This document shows, piece after piece, positions 9,979 through 19,786 of a stretch of 64,000 nt of DNA. The stretch spans positions 22,988 through 86,987 of the forward strand of contig JBFIXI010000003.1 of assembly GCA_041605955.1 (NCBI GenBank), read 5' to 3'. Numbering within the stretch: the stretch's first letter is position 1; each line of letters starts with the position of its first letter. A program made the position numbers and the translations under genes. The notes below the pieces were generated by a model. It was given only the letters and a program-made list of their open reading frames with translations. It ran no database searches and had not been told where the DNA came from. Origin of the DNA: Acidimicrobiia bacterium (lineage in GTDB: Bacteria; Actinomycetota; Acidimicrobiia; Spongiisociales; UBA5794).

Positions 9979-11639
9979 TGCTGCTCCATGGGCAAGTCGA
10001 TACCGCGGGCCGAAGCGACGCGCTTGGCGGCTTCGTAACCGGCGTCGGCGTGGCGCATGACACCCGTGCCCGGGTCCGAGGTGAGCACCCTGGACAGCTT
10101 GGCATCTGCCAACTCGCTTCCGTCCGCCACCGCAACCATGCCGGCGTGGATCGAGCGACCTATACCCACACCGCCTCCGTGGTGGAGGCTCACCCACGTC
10201 GCCCCGGCGGCTACGTTGACCATCGCATTCAGCAGGGGCCAATCGGCGATGGCGTCGGACCCGTCGGCCATGTCTTCGGTCTCCCGATATGGAGAGGCCA
10301 CCGAGCCCGAATCGAGGTGGTCGCGGCCGATGACGATGGGGGCGGACACTTCTCCGGTGCGCACCATCTCGTTGAATCGCAAACCCAACCGAGCTCGCTC
10401 TCCGTACCCCAGCCAGCAGATCCGGGCGGGCAAGCCTTGGAAGGCGACTCGTTCAGAAGCCAGCTTGATCCAGCGCGCCAACGCCTCGTCGTCGGGGAAC
10501 TCCTCGAGCACGGCTAGGTCGGTGGCGGCGATGTCGGCAGGGTCCCCGCTCAGGGCGACCCACCGAAACGGGCCTTTGCCTTCACAGAACAAAGGGCGTA
10601 CGTAGGCGGGGAGAAAGCCGGGATAGTCGAAGGCCCGCTCGAACCCACCGAGGCGGGCTTCGGTCCGCAGCGAGTTCCCGTAGTCGAATACCTCCGCTCC
10701 TCGGTCCATGAATCCGACCATGGCGGCACAGTGGCGTGCCATCGACACCCGCGCCCGACGAACCAGCTCCTCGGTGTTCTCCCCTCGCATCCTCTCGGCC
10801 GCCTCCGGAGTGAGGTCCACCGGCACATAGGTGAGCGGATCGTGCGCCGAGGTCTGATCGGTGACGATGTCGGCCGGGAACCCCATCTCGAGGAGACGAG
10901 GAACCACATCGGCTGCGTTGCCCACAACGCCGACGCTGAGGCCGTCGCCGGCGTCCCGCGCTTCGACACAGCGCGCCACCGCCGCGTCGAGGTCGACGGC
11001 GACCTCGTCGAGATAGCTGGTATCGAGCCGGCGCCGGACCCTCTCCGGGTCGACCTCGACGCACAGCGCCACTCCCCCGTTCATCGTGATCGCCAGTGGT
11101 TGGGCCCCTCCCATGCCGCCGAGCCCGGAGGTCAGCGTGATGGTGCCCGCCAAGCTGCCGCCGAATCGTTTGTGAGCAATCGCGGCAAATGTCTCGTACG
11201 TGCCCTGGAGAATGCCCTGGGTCCCGATGTAGATCCATGAGCCGGCAGTCATCTGGCCGTACATGGTCAGGCCGCGTCCCTCGAGCCGACGGAATTCCTC
11301 CCAAGTCGCCCACTCCGGCACCAGGTTCGAGTTGGCCAGCAACACCCGCGGCGCCCACTCGTTGGTGCGGAACACCCCGACCGGCTTGCCCGACTGGATC
11401 AGCAGCGTCTCGTCGTCGCCGAGGCGGCGCAGTGTGGCCACGATGGCATCGAAGGCATCCCACGACCTGGCTGCCTTCCCGGTGCCGCCGTAGACCACCA
11501 GGTCGTCGGGACGCTCGGCAACTTCCGGGTCGAGATTGTTCATCAGCATCCGCAAGGCAGCCTCTTGTGGCCACCCCCTGCAGGAGAGCTCACTCCCGCG
11601 CGGGGCCCGCACCAGACGTGGCGACCCTGATCCGCTCAT
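9975..11639 (-). CDS. hutU: Urocanate hydratase
   Basis: [51 protein letters not shown]. Confidence 0.97.
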   Translation of the reverse strand: MSGSGSPRLVRAPRGSELSCRGWPQEAALRMLMNNLDPEVAERPDDLVVYGGTGKAARSWDAFDAIVATLRRLGDDETLLIQSGKPVGVFRTNEWAPRVLLANSNLVPEWATWEEFRRLEGRGLTMYGQMTAGSWIYIGTQGILQGTYETFAAIAHKRFGGSLAGTITLTSGLGGMGGAQPLAITMNGGVALCVEVDPERVRRRLDTSYLDEVAVDLDAAVARCVEARDAGDGLSVGVVGNAADVVPRLLEMGFPADIVTDQTSAHDPLTYVPVDLTPEAAERMRGENTEELVRRARVSMARHCAAMVGFMDRGAEVFDYGNSLRTEARLGGFERAFDYPGFLPAYVRPLFCEGKGPFRWVALSGDPADIAATDLAVLEEFPDDEALARWIKLASERVAFQGLPARICWLGYGERARLGLRFNEMVRTGEVSAPIVIGRDHLDSGSVASPYRETEDMADGSDAIADWPLLNAMVNVAAGATWVSLHHGGGVGIGRSIHAGMVAVADGSELADAKLSRVLTSDPGTGVMRHADAGYEAAKRVASARGIDLPMEQQ

Positions 11640-11736
11640 GTCCCCATTGTGGCGCGGCGCCGCCCAATGTTCTCGTTGGGCCCAGCTCGGAGACACTCGC
11701 ACCCAACTATCACCGGCCGACGTTTACGGTAGTGAC

Positions 11737-12348
11737 ATGTCGGATTCCCATTCGGAAGGGCTCCTAGGGGCCGCGTCGGGCGACTTCGAGGAGCTCGTGG
11801 AGCGCGCCCGGCAGGGCTCAGGTGATGCGCTGCGGGCTCTTTACGACTCGCTGAGCACCGAAGTGGCCGGATTTCTCCGAGTGCGGGGCGCCGCTGATGT
11901 GGGCGCCGCCACCAACGAGGTCTTCCACCGGGCATTCACTGCGCTGCACCGCTTCTCCGGGACTGAGTCCGGCTTTCGCTCCTGGATATTCACCATCGCC
12001 AACAACCTCCTGATCGATGAGCACCGCAAACGGGTCCGCCGCCCCCAGCTGGGTGCCGGGCTCGACTCGGCGGGCCACGAGGTGGCCGGCGGAGACGTGG
12101 AGGACGAGGCGATGGCTCGCCTCACCCACGCCGACATCGGCCGGTTGCTCGATGGACTGACCCCCGGCCAGCGCGACGTGCTGCACCTGCGCCTCATCGC
12201 CGGCTTGACCTTGTCCGAGACTGCTGCGGTGCTGGGTCGTCCAGTTGGCGCCGTGAAGTCACTCCAGCATCGTGCCATCGCAGCGCTGCGCGACAAACTC
12301 GACGCCGGCGCGTATCCGTTGACCCCATCGTTACGTTCTCAGAGGTGA
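11737..12348 (+). CDS. ECF-type RNA polymerase sigma factor
   Basis: Region 2 FRSWIFTIANNLLIDEHR; region 4 QRDVLHLR...GAVKSLQHRA; -10 TACGGT 6 nt before ATG. Confidence 0.92.
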   Translation: MSDSHSEGLLGAASGDFEELVERARQGSGDALRALYDSLSTEVAGFLRVRGAADVGAATNEVFHRAFTALHRFSGTESGFRSWIFTIANNLLIDEHRKRVRRPQLGAGLDSAGHEVAGGDVEDEAMARLTHADIGRLLDGLTPGQRDVLHLRLIAGLTLSETAAVLGRPVGAVKSLQHRAIAALRDKLDAGAYPLTPSLRSQR

Positions 12349-12349
12349 T

Positions 12350-13690
12350 ATGAGCGACCACGCTTCCCCCCGCCGCCCCGGCTCCTCCCCTTCGGACGAC
12401 GCCGGCCAGCCCGAAGCCGAACGCGGAGCTTCTCCGTTCGAAGCATCCGACCGTGGCGCCGGCGACCAACGCGGCGACTTCCTCGACGAGCTGGTTGCGG
12501 CGGACCCGGCGAATCGACGCCTCGCCGGGATCTTGCGATCATGGCGGGGAGCGTCCGCCGCAGAGCGGGTCAGCCCCGATGCTCGCTTACAGGCGTTGTT
12601 CTCCGGCGGCCCGCCGCCCGCCGTCCGCCCGCGGTGGCGCCAATGGGTGCAGCGCCCGGCCGTCGCTTTCGCGGCCAGCTTCGCGGCCGTGCTGGCCATC
12701 GGAATCAGTGCGCTCGCCTTGGTGGCGCCGGATGGCGAGTCGGCGACGACCGTGGCCTCGCCGACGTCGTCGCTGGCCGCGGCCGACGTATCCGCCGGCG
12801 CGGCCCAGATCACGTTGCCGGAGGATCTCAGCGAACAGGCCGACTACGCCACGTGTGTCGTCGACCAGCTCCACGCTTGGTTCACATCTGGCCTCGACGC
12901 GGCGCAAGCACCTCAGCTGGTGGACAACTGCGGACTCCCGCCGATCCCCGACTTGGGCCCGGACGCGGCCGCATATCGTCAAGAGCTGCAGACCTGGGCC
13001 AGCTGTGTCGCCGAGGAGGCCGAGGCGCTGATGCCCCAGCTGGCCGACATGTTCCGCCGCCAGGACGGCGCCGATGAGCTCGATCCGGCGGGCACCATCG
13101 AGAGCGAATGCGGCAATCCTCCGGATCCGCGCGACTTCGGGATCGAGCTGCCGTCCATCGACTGGGAGGCCCTCGATCCCTCCGTCCTCGAGCTGGGACC
13201 GCTCTATCTCGGGCAGTGGCGCATCGAGGACTTCGACCTGGAAGGGCTCCTGGGCGAGCTGCCTCCCGGGCTGCTCCCCGAGGATTTCGACTTGGAGGAA
13301 TTCGAACGCAAGTTGGACCGGCTCGAGCTGGAGGACTGCGATCTGCCTGAGCCGCCGCCCGATATCGAGAGCCTCGAGGACCTCCACCAGCTGGAACTAG
13401 GGTCGCTGTTCGCCGGGTTTGCCGCATGCGGCCTCGATGAGCTGCTGCCCGGCCTGCTGGGGGATGGCGAGCTCGATCTCGACCAGCTACTCGGCCAGCT
13501 GGAGTCGATGATGGGGAGCCTGCAATTCGAGGGGTTGGCCGATCTCGAGGGGTTGGCCGATCTCGAAGGGTTGGCCGATCTCGAGGGGTTGGCCGATCTC
13601 GATCTCGAGCAGCTGCTGCAAAGGCTGCTCGAGGGGCACGACCTGGACCTGGAGTCACTCTTCGCGGACCGCGCCACGGGGGACTCCTGA
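12350..13690 (+). CDS. Single-pass membrane protein, putative anti-sigma, with Cys-containing acidic C-terminal domain
   Basis: 1 nt after sigma stop; one TM (AVAFAASFAAVLAIGISALALVA); repeated C...C-G-x-PP units; Asp/Glu/Leu-rich tail. Confidence 0.65.
   Translation: MSDHASPRRPGSSPSDDAGQPEAERGASPFEASDRGAGDQRGDFLDELVAADPANRRLAGILRSWRGASAAERVSPDARLQALFSGGPPPAVRPRWRQWVQRPAVAFAASFAAVLAIGISALALVAPDGESATTVASPTSSLAAADVSAGAAQITLPEDLSEQADYATCVVDQLHAWFTSGLDAAQAPQLVDNCGLPPIPDLGPDAAAYRQELQTWASCVAEEAEALMPQLADMFRRQDGADELDPAGTIESECGNPPDPRDFGIELPSIDWEALDPSVLELGPLYLGQWRIEDFDLEGLLGELPPGLLPEDFDLEEFERKLDRLELEDCDLPEPPPDIESLEDLHQLELGSLFAGFAACGLDELLPGLLGDGELDLDQLLGQLESMMGSLQFEGLADLEGLADLEGLADLEGLADLDLEQLLQRLLEGHDLDLESLFADRATGDS
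13527..13598 (+). repeat. In-frame 18-nt tandem repeat x4 (EGLADL)
   Basis: TCGAGGGGTTGGCCGATC x4, one copy with a G>A change. Confidence 0.95.
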
Positions 13691-13702
13691 GCCCCGAGCC
13701 GG

Positions 13703-15364
13703 CTACTGCTGGGGATCGCCGTAGATGAAGGAGCGGGTCGGTGGCTCCGGCCGTGGTTCCTCCTCCGCGTCCATCTCGTCGCTGCGGCCCAGCACCTCGC
13801 GCATTGCGGGGTAGTTGTAGCCGAACGCCACCAGGACGACGCCGGCTACGAAGAAGCTGATCGTCCTTCCGACTGCGTTGATCAGGATCAAGTCGGCGGT
13901 CAGGAGCTTGCCGACCGCGATGAGCACCGTCACCAGACCGGCTTGGATCGCCGGTCGCGAACCGATACGAAGCCCCAACGAAGCGGCGCCGGCTGCCATC
14001 AGTATCCAGCTGGCCGTGGTGAGCGCCGCCCCGTTCTGCACCCCGATGAATGCTTCGGCGAACCAGACGCCAGCGGCGGCGAACGCCACTCCACCCAGCA
14101 CACTGCGGACCTGCGGATGTTCGTCGAGCAAGGCGGTGGCCGCGATGAACCCTACGATGATCGCATGCGCTACCAGCTGAGAGGCTGTGACCCGGACATC
14201 GGCCGCAAACGCCTCGAACAGCTCGGCGGAGACCCATCCCAGCACGGGCAGGGCGATCAAACCGCCGACGGCGGTGAGCACAGGAGAGCCCGCGCGGCGT
14301 CCCGCCACCAAGGAGGCAAAGGCTTGACCGGCCAGCGCCAGCTGGCGAGCCGAGCCGTTGAGCAGCAGGACGGATGCAGTCGCCAATAGCGCCGAGGCGG
14401 CCACGAAATGCGTCAGCCCGAGGACGGCGTCGCTGCTCCTCACCGCCGAGCCGATGATCCCCACCGCCACGGCGGCGCCCAGGCTGACATATCCGATCTG
14501 CATCGGCAGCAAGTCCCAGATCGCAGCCGTGGCGACGACGGCGAGCCCGGGGACCCAGATGACGTTGCCCAGCTCAGCGCCGCGGAAGAAGCCGGCCCAG
14601 TGGTGATCAACCGAATGCCGCGACACCTGCACCGGACGACCCAGTTGCAGCCGCACCACAGGCACCAGCCAGAGCGCCAGCGCCACGATGGTCACGCCCA
14701 GCTGGACGATTAGCTGGGCCTCGTCGATGACTCGCATCCGGTCGATGATCGAGCCGTAGGTAGCGACGGCCAGCACGCCTGAGGTGACCAGCAGCGATCC
14801 CCAGCCATTGAAGAAGTACACGGCTAGTGCAGCCAACAGGAGCAGGGTGGCATAAATTGCGTAGGCGCTCAGCGAGTCGGCGGCCCCCCCGCCGGGGGCC
14901 CCGTCACCGAGAGACAGCACGAAGGGCGCCGCCAACCCGCCGATGAGCCCGATAGCGGCCAGCGCGGAATCGCCCCGCCGAGCCGCCAGCCAGAACGACA
15001 GCGCAGTGACGATGACCGTCGCGGCCATCGCAGTCTCCCACGTCAAGACGTCGAACACCTGATGGCCGGCGAATACGGAGAGGAAGATCACGGCGAGCCC
15101 GGCTCCCTGCAGGCTCTGGCCGAACACGGGCCGCCCCAGGTACGTGAACAAACCGAATGCAATCAGCCCGATGCCGACGAATATGCCGCCGGCCACGCGC
15201 AACGGGGGGGTGAACAGCCCGTGATCGATCGCGATGCCCATAGCGAACGCCACCGCCAGGAAGATCATCACGAGGCCACCCCACTTGAACGCAGTCTCCT
15301 CGAGACGGTCCATGAGGCTGACCGGGCCGGAAGGGGTCTGCTGCGAGTTCGGTTTGGTGCTCAT
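13703..15364 (-). CDS. DUF2339-like polytopic membrane protein
   Basis: Many TM helices; N-terminal pattern GG..IFLA...PPLRV..G...GQSLQGAG..VIF; -10 TACGTT 6 nt before ATG. Confidence 0.75.
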   Translation of the reverse strand: MSTKPNSQQTPSGPVSLMDRLEETAFKWGGLVMIFLAVAFAMGIAIDHGLFTPPLRVAGGIFVGIGLIAFGLFTYLGRPVFGQSLQGAGLAVIFLSVFAGHQVFDVLTWETAMAATVIVTALSFWLAARRGDSALAAIGLIGGLAAPFVLSLGDGAPGGGAADSLSAYAIYATLLLLAALAVYFFNGWGSLLVTSGVLAVATYGSIIDRMRVIDEAQLIVQLGVTIVALALWLVPVVRLQLGRPVQVSRHSVDHHWAGFFRGAELGNVIWVPGLAVVATAAIWDLLPMQIGYVSLGAAVAVGIIGSAVRSSDAVLGLTHFVAASALLATASVLLLNGSARQLALAGQAFASLVAGRRAGSPVLTAVGGLIALPVLGWVSAELFEAFAADVRVTASQLVAHAIIVGFIAATALLDEHPQVRSVLGGVAFAAAGVWFAEAFIGVQNGAALTTASWILMAAGAASLGLRIGSRPAIQAGLVTVLIAVGKLLTADLILINAVGRTISFFVAGVVLVAFGYNYPAMREVLGRSDEMDAEEEPRPEPPTRSFIYGDPQQ

Positions 15365-15507
15365 GCCAGCAACGTATGCGACCGCCGCCGCCACCGCCTC
15401 CGGGCGACTCCCTCATTGTCCGCTGGGGGGTCACCCAGCCAAGCCAGGGGACTTGGCGACGCCGCCCCGCCGGTAGATCTCGCCCCACCGAGATCTAGGC
15501 TCGAACC

Positions 15508-16989
15508 GTGGAGCTAGTCACGCCGAGTGTCGTCGTCCTGATCGGTCCCTCCGGGGCGGGGAAGTCGACATGGGCGGCACGTCGCTTCGAACCCGCCGAG
15601 ATCGTCTCGTCCGACGAGTTGCGGGCTGCCGTCGGCATCGACGAGTACGACCAGCGCGCCAGCACCGACGCCTTTGCGGTCCTACACGACATCGTGGCCC
15701 GGCGCATGCGCCGCAAGCTGACCACGGTGATCGACACGCTGGGGTTCAATCGGGACGATCGTTTGCGCTGGATACAACAGGCCGGTGAAGCCGGCTTGCC
15801 GGCATACGCAGTCGTATTCAATACCGAGCCCAAGGTGTGCCGAGCCCGCAACAGGGAGCGGGCCCGACCGGTTCCCGCCAAGGTGTTGACTTCGCAGATC
15901 ACCCGATACGCCGAGACATTGCCCGAGCTGGCTGGCGAGGGGTACATCGCAGTAGTCGAGGCCGGCGATCCGATACGCATCGTGAACCGGTCGATGGCCG
16001 GTGCCACGGCGGCGGCGGCTCGCCAGGCGGGGGCGCCGGTGCGACTCGATTTCGGGCTTCAGATCGGAGTGTTCAACTTCGCCGGCAGCCCACAAGCAAC
16101 CGGGAAGCGGCTGACCGAGATCGCGCACGCCGCCGAAGCTGCCGGGTTCTCGTCGCTGTGGGTGATGGACCACTTCATCCAGATCCCCCAGGTCGGCCCG
16201 GAATGGTGGGACATGCCGGAGGCCTACACCACGCTGGCGTTCCTGGCCGGCGTGACCCGCCGTATCAAGCTGGGGACCCTGGTCACCGGCGTCGGATACC
16301 GCAACCCGGCCCTCCTGGGGAAGATGATCGCCACCCTCGACGTCCTGAGCGGCGGTCGGGCGATGGCGGGCCTGGGGGCCGGCTGGTTCGAACGCGAGAC
16401 CCGCGCCTACGGCTGGGACGTTCCCACCACCAAGGAGCGCCTCGACCGGCTCGAAGACACCCTGCAACTGCTTCCGCTGATGTGGGGACCGGGCGCCCCC
16501 GCTTTCGCGGGCAAGACGTTCCGCGTGCCTGAAGCGATGTGTTACCCCCGCCCTCTCCAGGAGCGAATTCCGATACTCGTAGGCGGCAGTGGCGAGAAAC
16601 GCACGCTGCGGCTGGTGGCGCAGTACGCAGATGCCGCCAACTTCATGGGTGACCCCGCCACCGTGCGCCACAAGACCGAGGTGCTGCACAACCATTGCCG
16701 GGAGCTGGAACGCGATCCTTCCACGATTCGGATTACCCACCTCTCCCCGGCGCTGGTGGCGACCGACCCGAGCCAGCTCGAAGCTGCCGTCAACGCCCTG
16801 CGGCCGGCGGCAATGAGTGCGGCTCAGTTCGCCGCCTCGGTCAACGCCGGACTGGTCGCGGACCAAATCGGCCGCTTCCGGCAGCTTGCCGAAGCCGGCG
16901 TGCAGGAGGCGATCGTGTCGCTGGTAGGGGTCGAAGATGCGTCGGCAGTGACCCGATTCGGTTCAGTCATCGAAGCTTTCTCGGCGTGA
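15508..16989 (+). CDS. Fusion: AAA_33/Pnk-like P-loop kinase plus F420-type LLM oxidoreductase
   Basis: N-term LIGPSGAGKST, VSSDELR, TVIDT; C-term WVMDHF, GTLVT..YRNP, DVLSGGR, LGAGW, GGSGEKRTL. Confidence 0.88.
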   Translation: MELVTPSVVVLIGPSGAGKSTWAARRFEPAEIVSSDELRAAVGIDEYDQRASTDAFAVLHDIVARRMRRKLTTVIDTLGFNRDDRLRWIQQAGEAGLPAYAVVFNTEPKVCRARNRERARPVPAKVLTSQITRYAETLPELAGEGYIAVVEAGDPIRIVNRSMAGATAAAARQAGAPVRLDFGLQIGVFNFAGSPQATGKRLTEIAHAAEAAGFSSLWVMDHFIQIPQVGPEWWDMPEAYTTLAFLAGVTRRIKLGTLVTGVGYRNPALLGKMIATLDVLSGGRAMAGLGAGWFERETRAYGWDVPTTKERLDRLEDTLQLLPLMWGPGAPAFAGKTFRVPEAMCYPRPLQERIPILVGGSGEKRTLRLVAQYADAANFMGDPATVRHKTEVLHNHCRELERDPSTIRITHLSPALVATDPSQLEAAVNALRPAAMSAAQFAASVNAGLVADQIGRFRQLAEAGVQEAIVSLVGVEDASAVTRFGSVIEAFSA

Positions 16990-17018
16990 CCCCCGAATCC
17001 ATCCATTATCTTCATAGG

Positions 17019-17615
17019 GTGGACGCGGTTCAGATAGCTGCCGAGCAGCTCAGCCGAATGCGGGGAATGACGCGTTACTACCACGAACGCTTCTTCAGCG
17101 ACGTGAGAGTGACCACCCTGGCGAGCGCGGCCCTCTTCCTGGTGGGCTGGTGGGGGATCGGGGAAGCGTTCCTTCTCGTGCCGATCATGGCGCTGCTCGG
17201 CGCAACGTTGACCGCCTTCGACGCCTCGTACCTGATCTTTGCCCGCCACTATGCCGCCAAGCTGGAAGGCGACATCAACGAGCAGCTCGGCGGTGATGTG
17301 TTGCTGGCCGCCAAGCTGGAGAACTCCTACCTGTTCCCTCTGAACAAGGCCAAGATCGTCACCGCCGCCGCCTCCCCCTTCAGCTGGTTCGGCTTCATGA
17401 CGCTCTTCATAACCGGGCTGGGAGCAGCCAGCTTTGGGTTCGGACTGGCGTTGGGCTTGCCGACCTTGGCAGATCACGGGTCCATTTGGCTCGCCTGGTA
17501 CCTCACGCTGCTGGCCTTTGCCACGCTGGCGGCGCTGGTTGTCGGCTGGTGGTGGTTCGTCAGCGGTGTCGGAGAGAGTCGCCTGAGCGAGATTCTCGGC
17601 ACCGGAGAGCTGTGA
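17019..17615 (+). CDS. Hypothetical membrane protein
   Basis: About four TM segments; -10 TATCTT 6 nt before GTG. Confidence 0.7.
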   Translation: MDAVQIAAEQLSRMRGMTRYYHERFFSDVRVTTLASAALFLVGWWGIGEAFLLVPIMALLGATLTAFDASYLIFARHYAAKLEGDINEQLGGDVLLAAKLENSYLFPLNKAKIVTAAASPFSWFGFMTLFITGLGAASFGFGLALGLPTLADHGSIWLAWYLTLLAFATLAALVVGWWWFVSGVGESRLSEILGTGEL

Positions 17616-17616
17616 G

Positions 17617-18066
17617 TCACGCCCCCCACTTGTAGACCATCGCAACGACCGCCAGGAGCAGCACGGCGCCCTCGAGAAGCACGAGCGGACGCATGCGGGC
17701 TACTTCGGCTGCGCCCGCCACATCGTCATCGGCAGCAAAGGCCGCAGACGCCCGGGCTCCCCCCTTGCCGAACACGGCCATGCCGAGTCCCGCCCCCACG
17801 ATCACTGCGAGAAACCCCACCGACACGAAGGCGCTGCTGAACCCGTACAGCGCCGAATCGAGGACGAGGCCGACTCCGGTGGCCAGGATGACTATCGCCG
17901 CCGGCGTGTAGAGCGCTCTTCCCCAGAAGACCACCGTTTCCATCCAGGCGGCAGCCGTTGACCCCCCGCGAGCTACCAACCGGCGCGTCGTCATCACCTC
18001 GGCCAGGACGCCGCCGATCCAACCCGCAGCGGCGATTATGTGCACCACCAACAGCACTTCGCGCAT
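17617..18066 (-). CDS. DUF2269-like membrane protein
   Basis: LLVVHIIAAAGWIGG start, ..ILATG.., ..MVYK end; four TMs. Confidence 0.65.
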   Translation of the reverse strand: MREVLLVVHIIAAAGWIGGVLAEVMTTRRLVARGGSTAAAWMETVVFWGRALYTPAAIVILATGVGLVLDSALYGFSSAFVSVGFLAVIVGAGLGMAVFGKGGARASAAFAADDDVAGAAEVARMRPLVLLEGAVLLLAVVAMVYKWGA

Positions 18067-18138
18067 CACAACTCCACTCAGAGCCAACTCGGCCCCACCC
18101 TACTGAGAGCCTCCGGGCGCGCTGCGGTATGGTGCCGT

Positions 18139-19092
18139 ATGCTCACCGCCCTGGTGGCAGCCACGGCGCGTCTCGATCGTGAGCTGCGGCCCGAAATCCT
18201 CGAGACGCCCCTGCTGCGGCGACCCGAGTTCGATACCGCCGGGGCGACCGTGCTAGCCAATCTGGAGAACCTCCAGGCCACCGGATCGTTCAAGATCAGG
18301 GGCGCCGCCGCCAAGATCTCGTCCTTGCCTGAGGAGCTGCGTGCCCGCGGCGTGGTGGCGGCTTCGACAGGCAACCACGGAGCGGGAGTTGCTGATGCGG
18401 CCGCCCGGCGGGCGGTGTCAGCGGAGATCTTCGTGCCCACCAACGCCGACGCTGCCAAAGTCGCCAGGATCCGCGCATTGGGGGCCACCATCTCGACCGT
18501 GGAGGGCGACCCGGTGAACGCGGAGCTGGCGGGTCGGCGCGCCGCCGCTGCATCGGGTCGTCCTTACATCTCGCCATACAACGATCCGACCGTCGTCGCC
18601 GGACAGGGCACCATCGCCAGCGAGCTGCTGCGCCAGGACCCCACCTTGAGCACAGTGATCGTGGCCGTCGGCGGCGGCGGGCTCATGTCGGGAGTCGCCG
18701 CCACCCTCAAGCACCACAATCCGGCCATCCGAATCATCGCGGCCAGCGCTGCCAATTCGGCGGCGATGCACCACTCGGTGATGGCCGGCAGAGTGGTCGA
18801 GACCCCGCATCTGCCGACGCTCTCAGACGGCACTTCCGGGGGCATCGAGGCCGACACGATCACTTTCGAGATGTGTCGCTCGCTGGTCGACGACTGGCTG
18901 TTGATCGATGAGGATTCGATCGCGGCCGCGCTGCGCCGGTACACGGGCGCCAACGACGACCCCATAGAAGGCAGCGCCGCCCTGGCCCTGGCAGCCGTAG
19001 AGCCGGCCGCCCCGCGAGGACGGGTCGTGGTGATCGTCTGCGGCGGCAATATTTCTGCGGAATCGCTGGCGGCCGTGACCGCTCGAGGGTGA
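18139..19092 (+). CDS. PLP-dependent threonine/serine dehydratase family protein (no ACT domain)
   Basis: ENLQATGSFKIRGA, ASTGNHG, VGGGGL, CGGN. Confidence 0.9.
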   Translation: MLTALVAATARLDRELRPEILETPLLRRPEFDTAGATVLANLENLQATGSFKIRGAAAKISSLPEELRARGVVAASTGNHGAGVADAAARRAVSAEIFVPTNADAAKVARIRALGATISTVEGDPVNAELAGRRAAAASGRPYISPYNDPTVVAGQGTIASELLRQDPTLSTVIVAVGGGGLMSGVAATLKHHNPAIRIIAASAANSAAMHHSVMAGRVVETPHLPTLSDGTSGGIEADTITFEMCRSLVDDWLLIDEDSIAAALRRYTGANDDPIEGSAALALAAVEPAAPRGRVVVIVCGGNISAESLAAVTARG

Positions 19093-19269
19093 CCATCTGC
19101 GAACGGCTCAGCAACGGGATCGCGAAACTCCGGGGATAGGCGAGCGACCTCACCCGGCATATGATCTGCGCAAGTACCGGACCCGACGCCTCCCTGGGTC
19201 CGCATCTCACGTCCCTGCGGCCTGGAGCGCCGGGCTATCGCCGGCGACAGCCGGCAGGAGGTGAGAGAG

Positions 19270-19668
19270 ATGGCCGTAGCCACGGCGATCGACTTCAAGA
19301 CCGAGGTGAAGAAGCTCTTCAGCACCTTCGACCGCCTCGACTTCGACGCTCTCAAAGCAATGTTCACGGATGATGCCCAGGGGGTCGACGAGATCTCCCG
19401 CAAGTGGCTGCGGGGCAAGTCCGCCTTCGACGGCTATTTCGACCAAGTCAAGGCGATGGGCGTCGGCAACATCCACAGCAAACTATCCGACCTCAGATCC
19501 GAGCAATGGGACGACGTCGCCGTCGTGACCTGCTTGGCCGACCAGACCTACGAGGTGGGCGGGGAGAAGGTGTCGATCCTGGCTCCGACGACCGTGGTAT
19601 TCCGCTACAACAAGGGCGACTGGAAGATCGCCCTGGTACATGCGGTCCCGCTCCCAGAGGCTATGTAG
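19270..19668 (+). CDS. NTF2/SnoaL-like protein
   Basis: DFDALKAMFTDDA...TTVVFR...GDWKIALVH; GGAGG RBS. Confidence 0.8.
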   Translation: MAVATAIDFKTEVKKLFSTFDRLDFDALKAMFTDDAQGVDEISRKWLRGKSAFDGYFDQVKAMGVGNIHSKLSDLRSEQWDDVAVVTCLADQTYEVGGEKVSILAPTTVVFRYNKGDWKIALVHAVPLPEAM

Positions 19669-19673
19669 CTTCG

Positions 19674-19726
19674 TATCCCGTCGTGCTCGAGCGTGCCGGA
19701 ATCGCGGCACGCTCGAGCACGGGATA
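19674..19726. repeat. Long inverted repeat / stem-loop (terminator- or REP-like)
   Basis: Perfect 17-bp stem CGTGCTCGAGCGTGCCG(19682-98)/CGGCACGCTCGAGCACG(19705-21), extendable by TATCCC/GGGATA; no U-tract. Confidence 0.8.
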
Positions 19727-19786
19727 GGGCGTCGTCAGGCCATCAGGCATCCGGGCATTGGCGGCTGAGCCGCGTACGATGCCGCC

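Noticed and set aside
8506-10038. Long alternative ORFs (e.g. 8506-10038+, 37333-38853+, 56751-58358+, 57904-59625-, 59702-61111+)
   Set aside because: Antisense or off-frame shadows of well-supported genes, typical of high-GC DNA, with Arg/Gly/Pro-biased low-information translations
13527-13598. Possible CRISPR array (also 36341-36393)
   Set aside because: Head-to-tail repeats with no spacers, units too short, and no cas genes in the window
16695-17018. Extended N-termini in the ORF track (16695, 36198, 40335, 53796, 45455, 26944, 10242 and others)
   Set aside because: They overlap neighbouring genes; downstream starts have an RBS, a leaderless -10 or start/stop coupling
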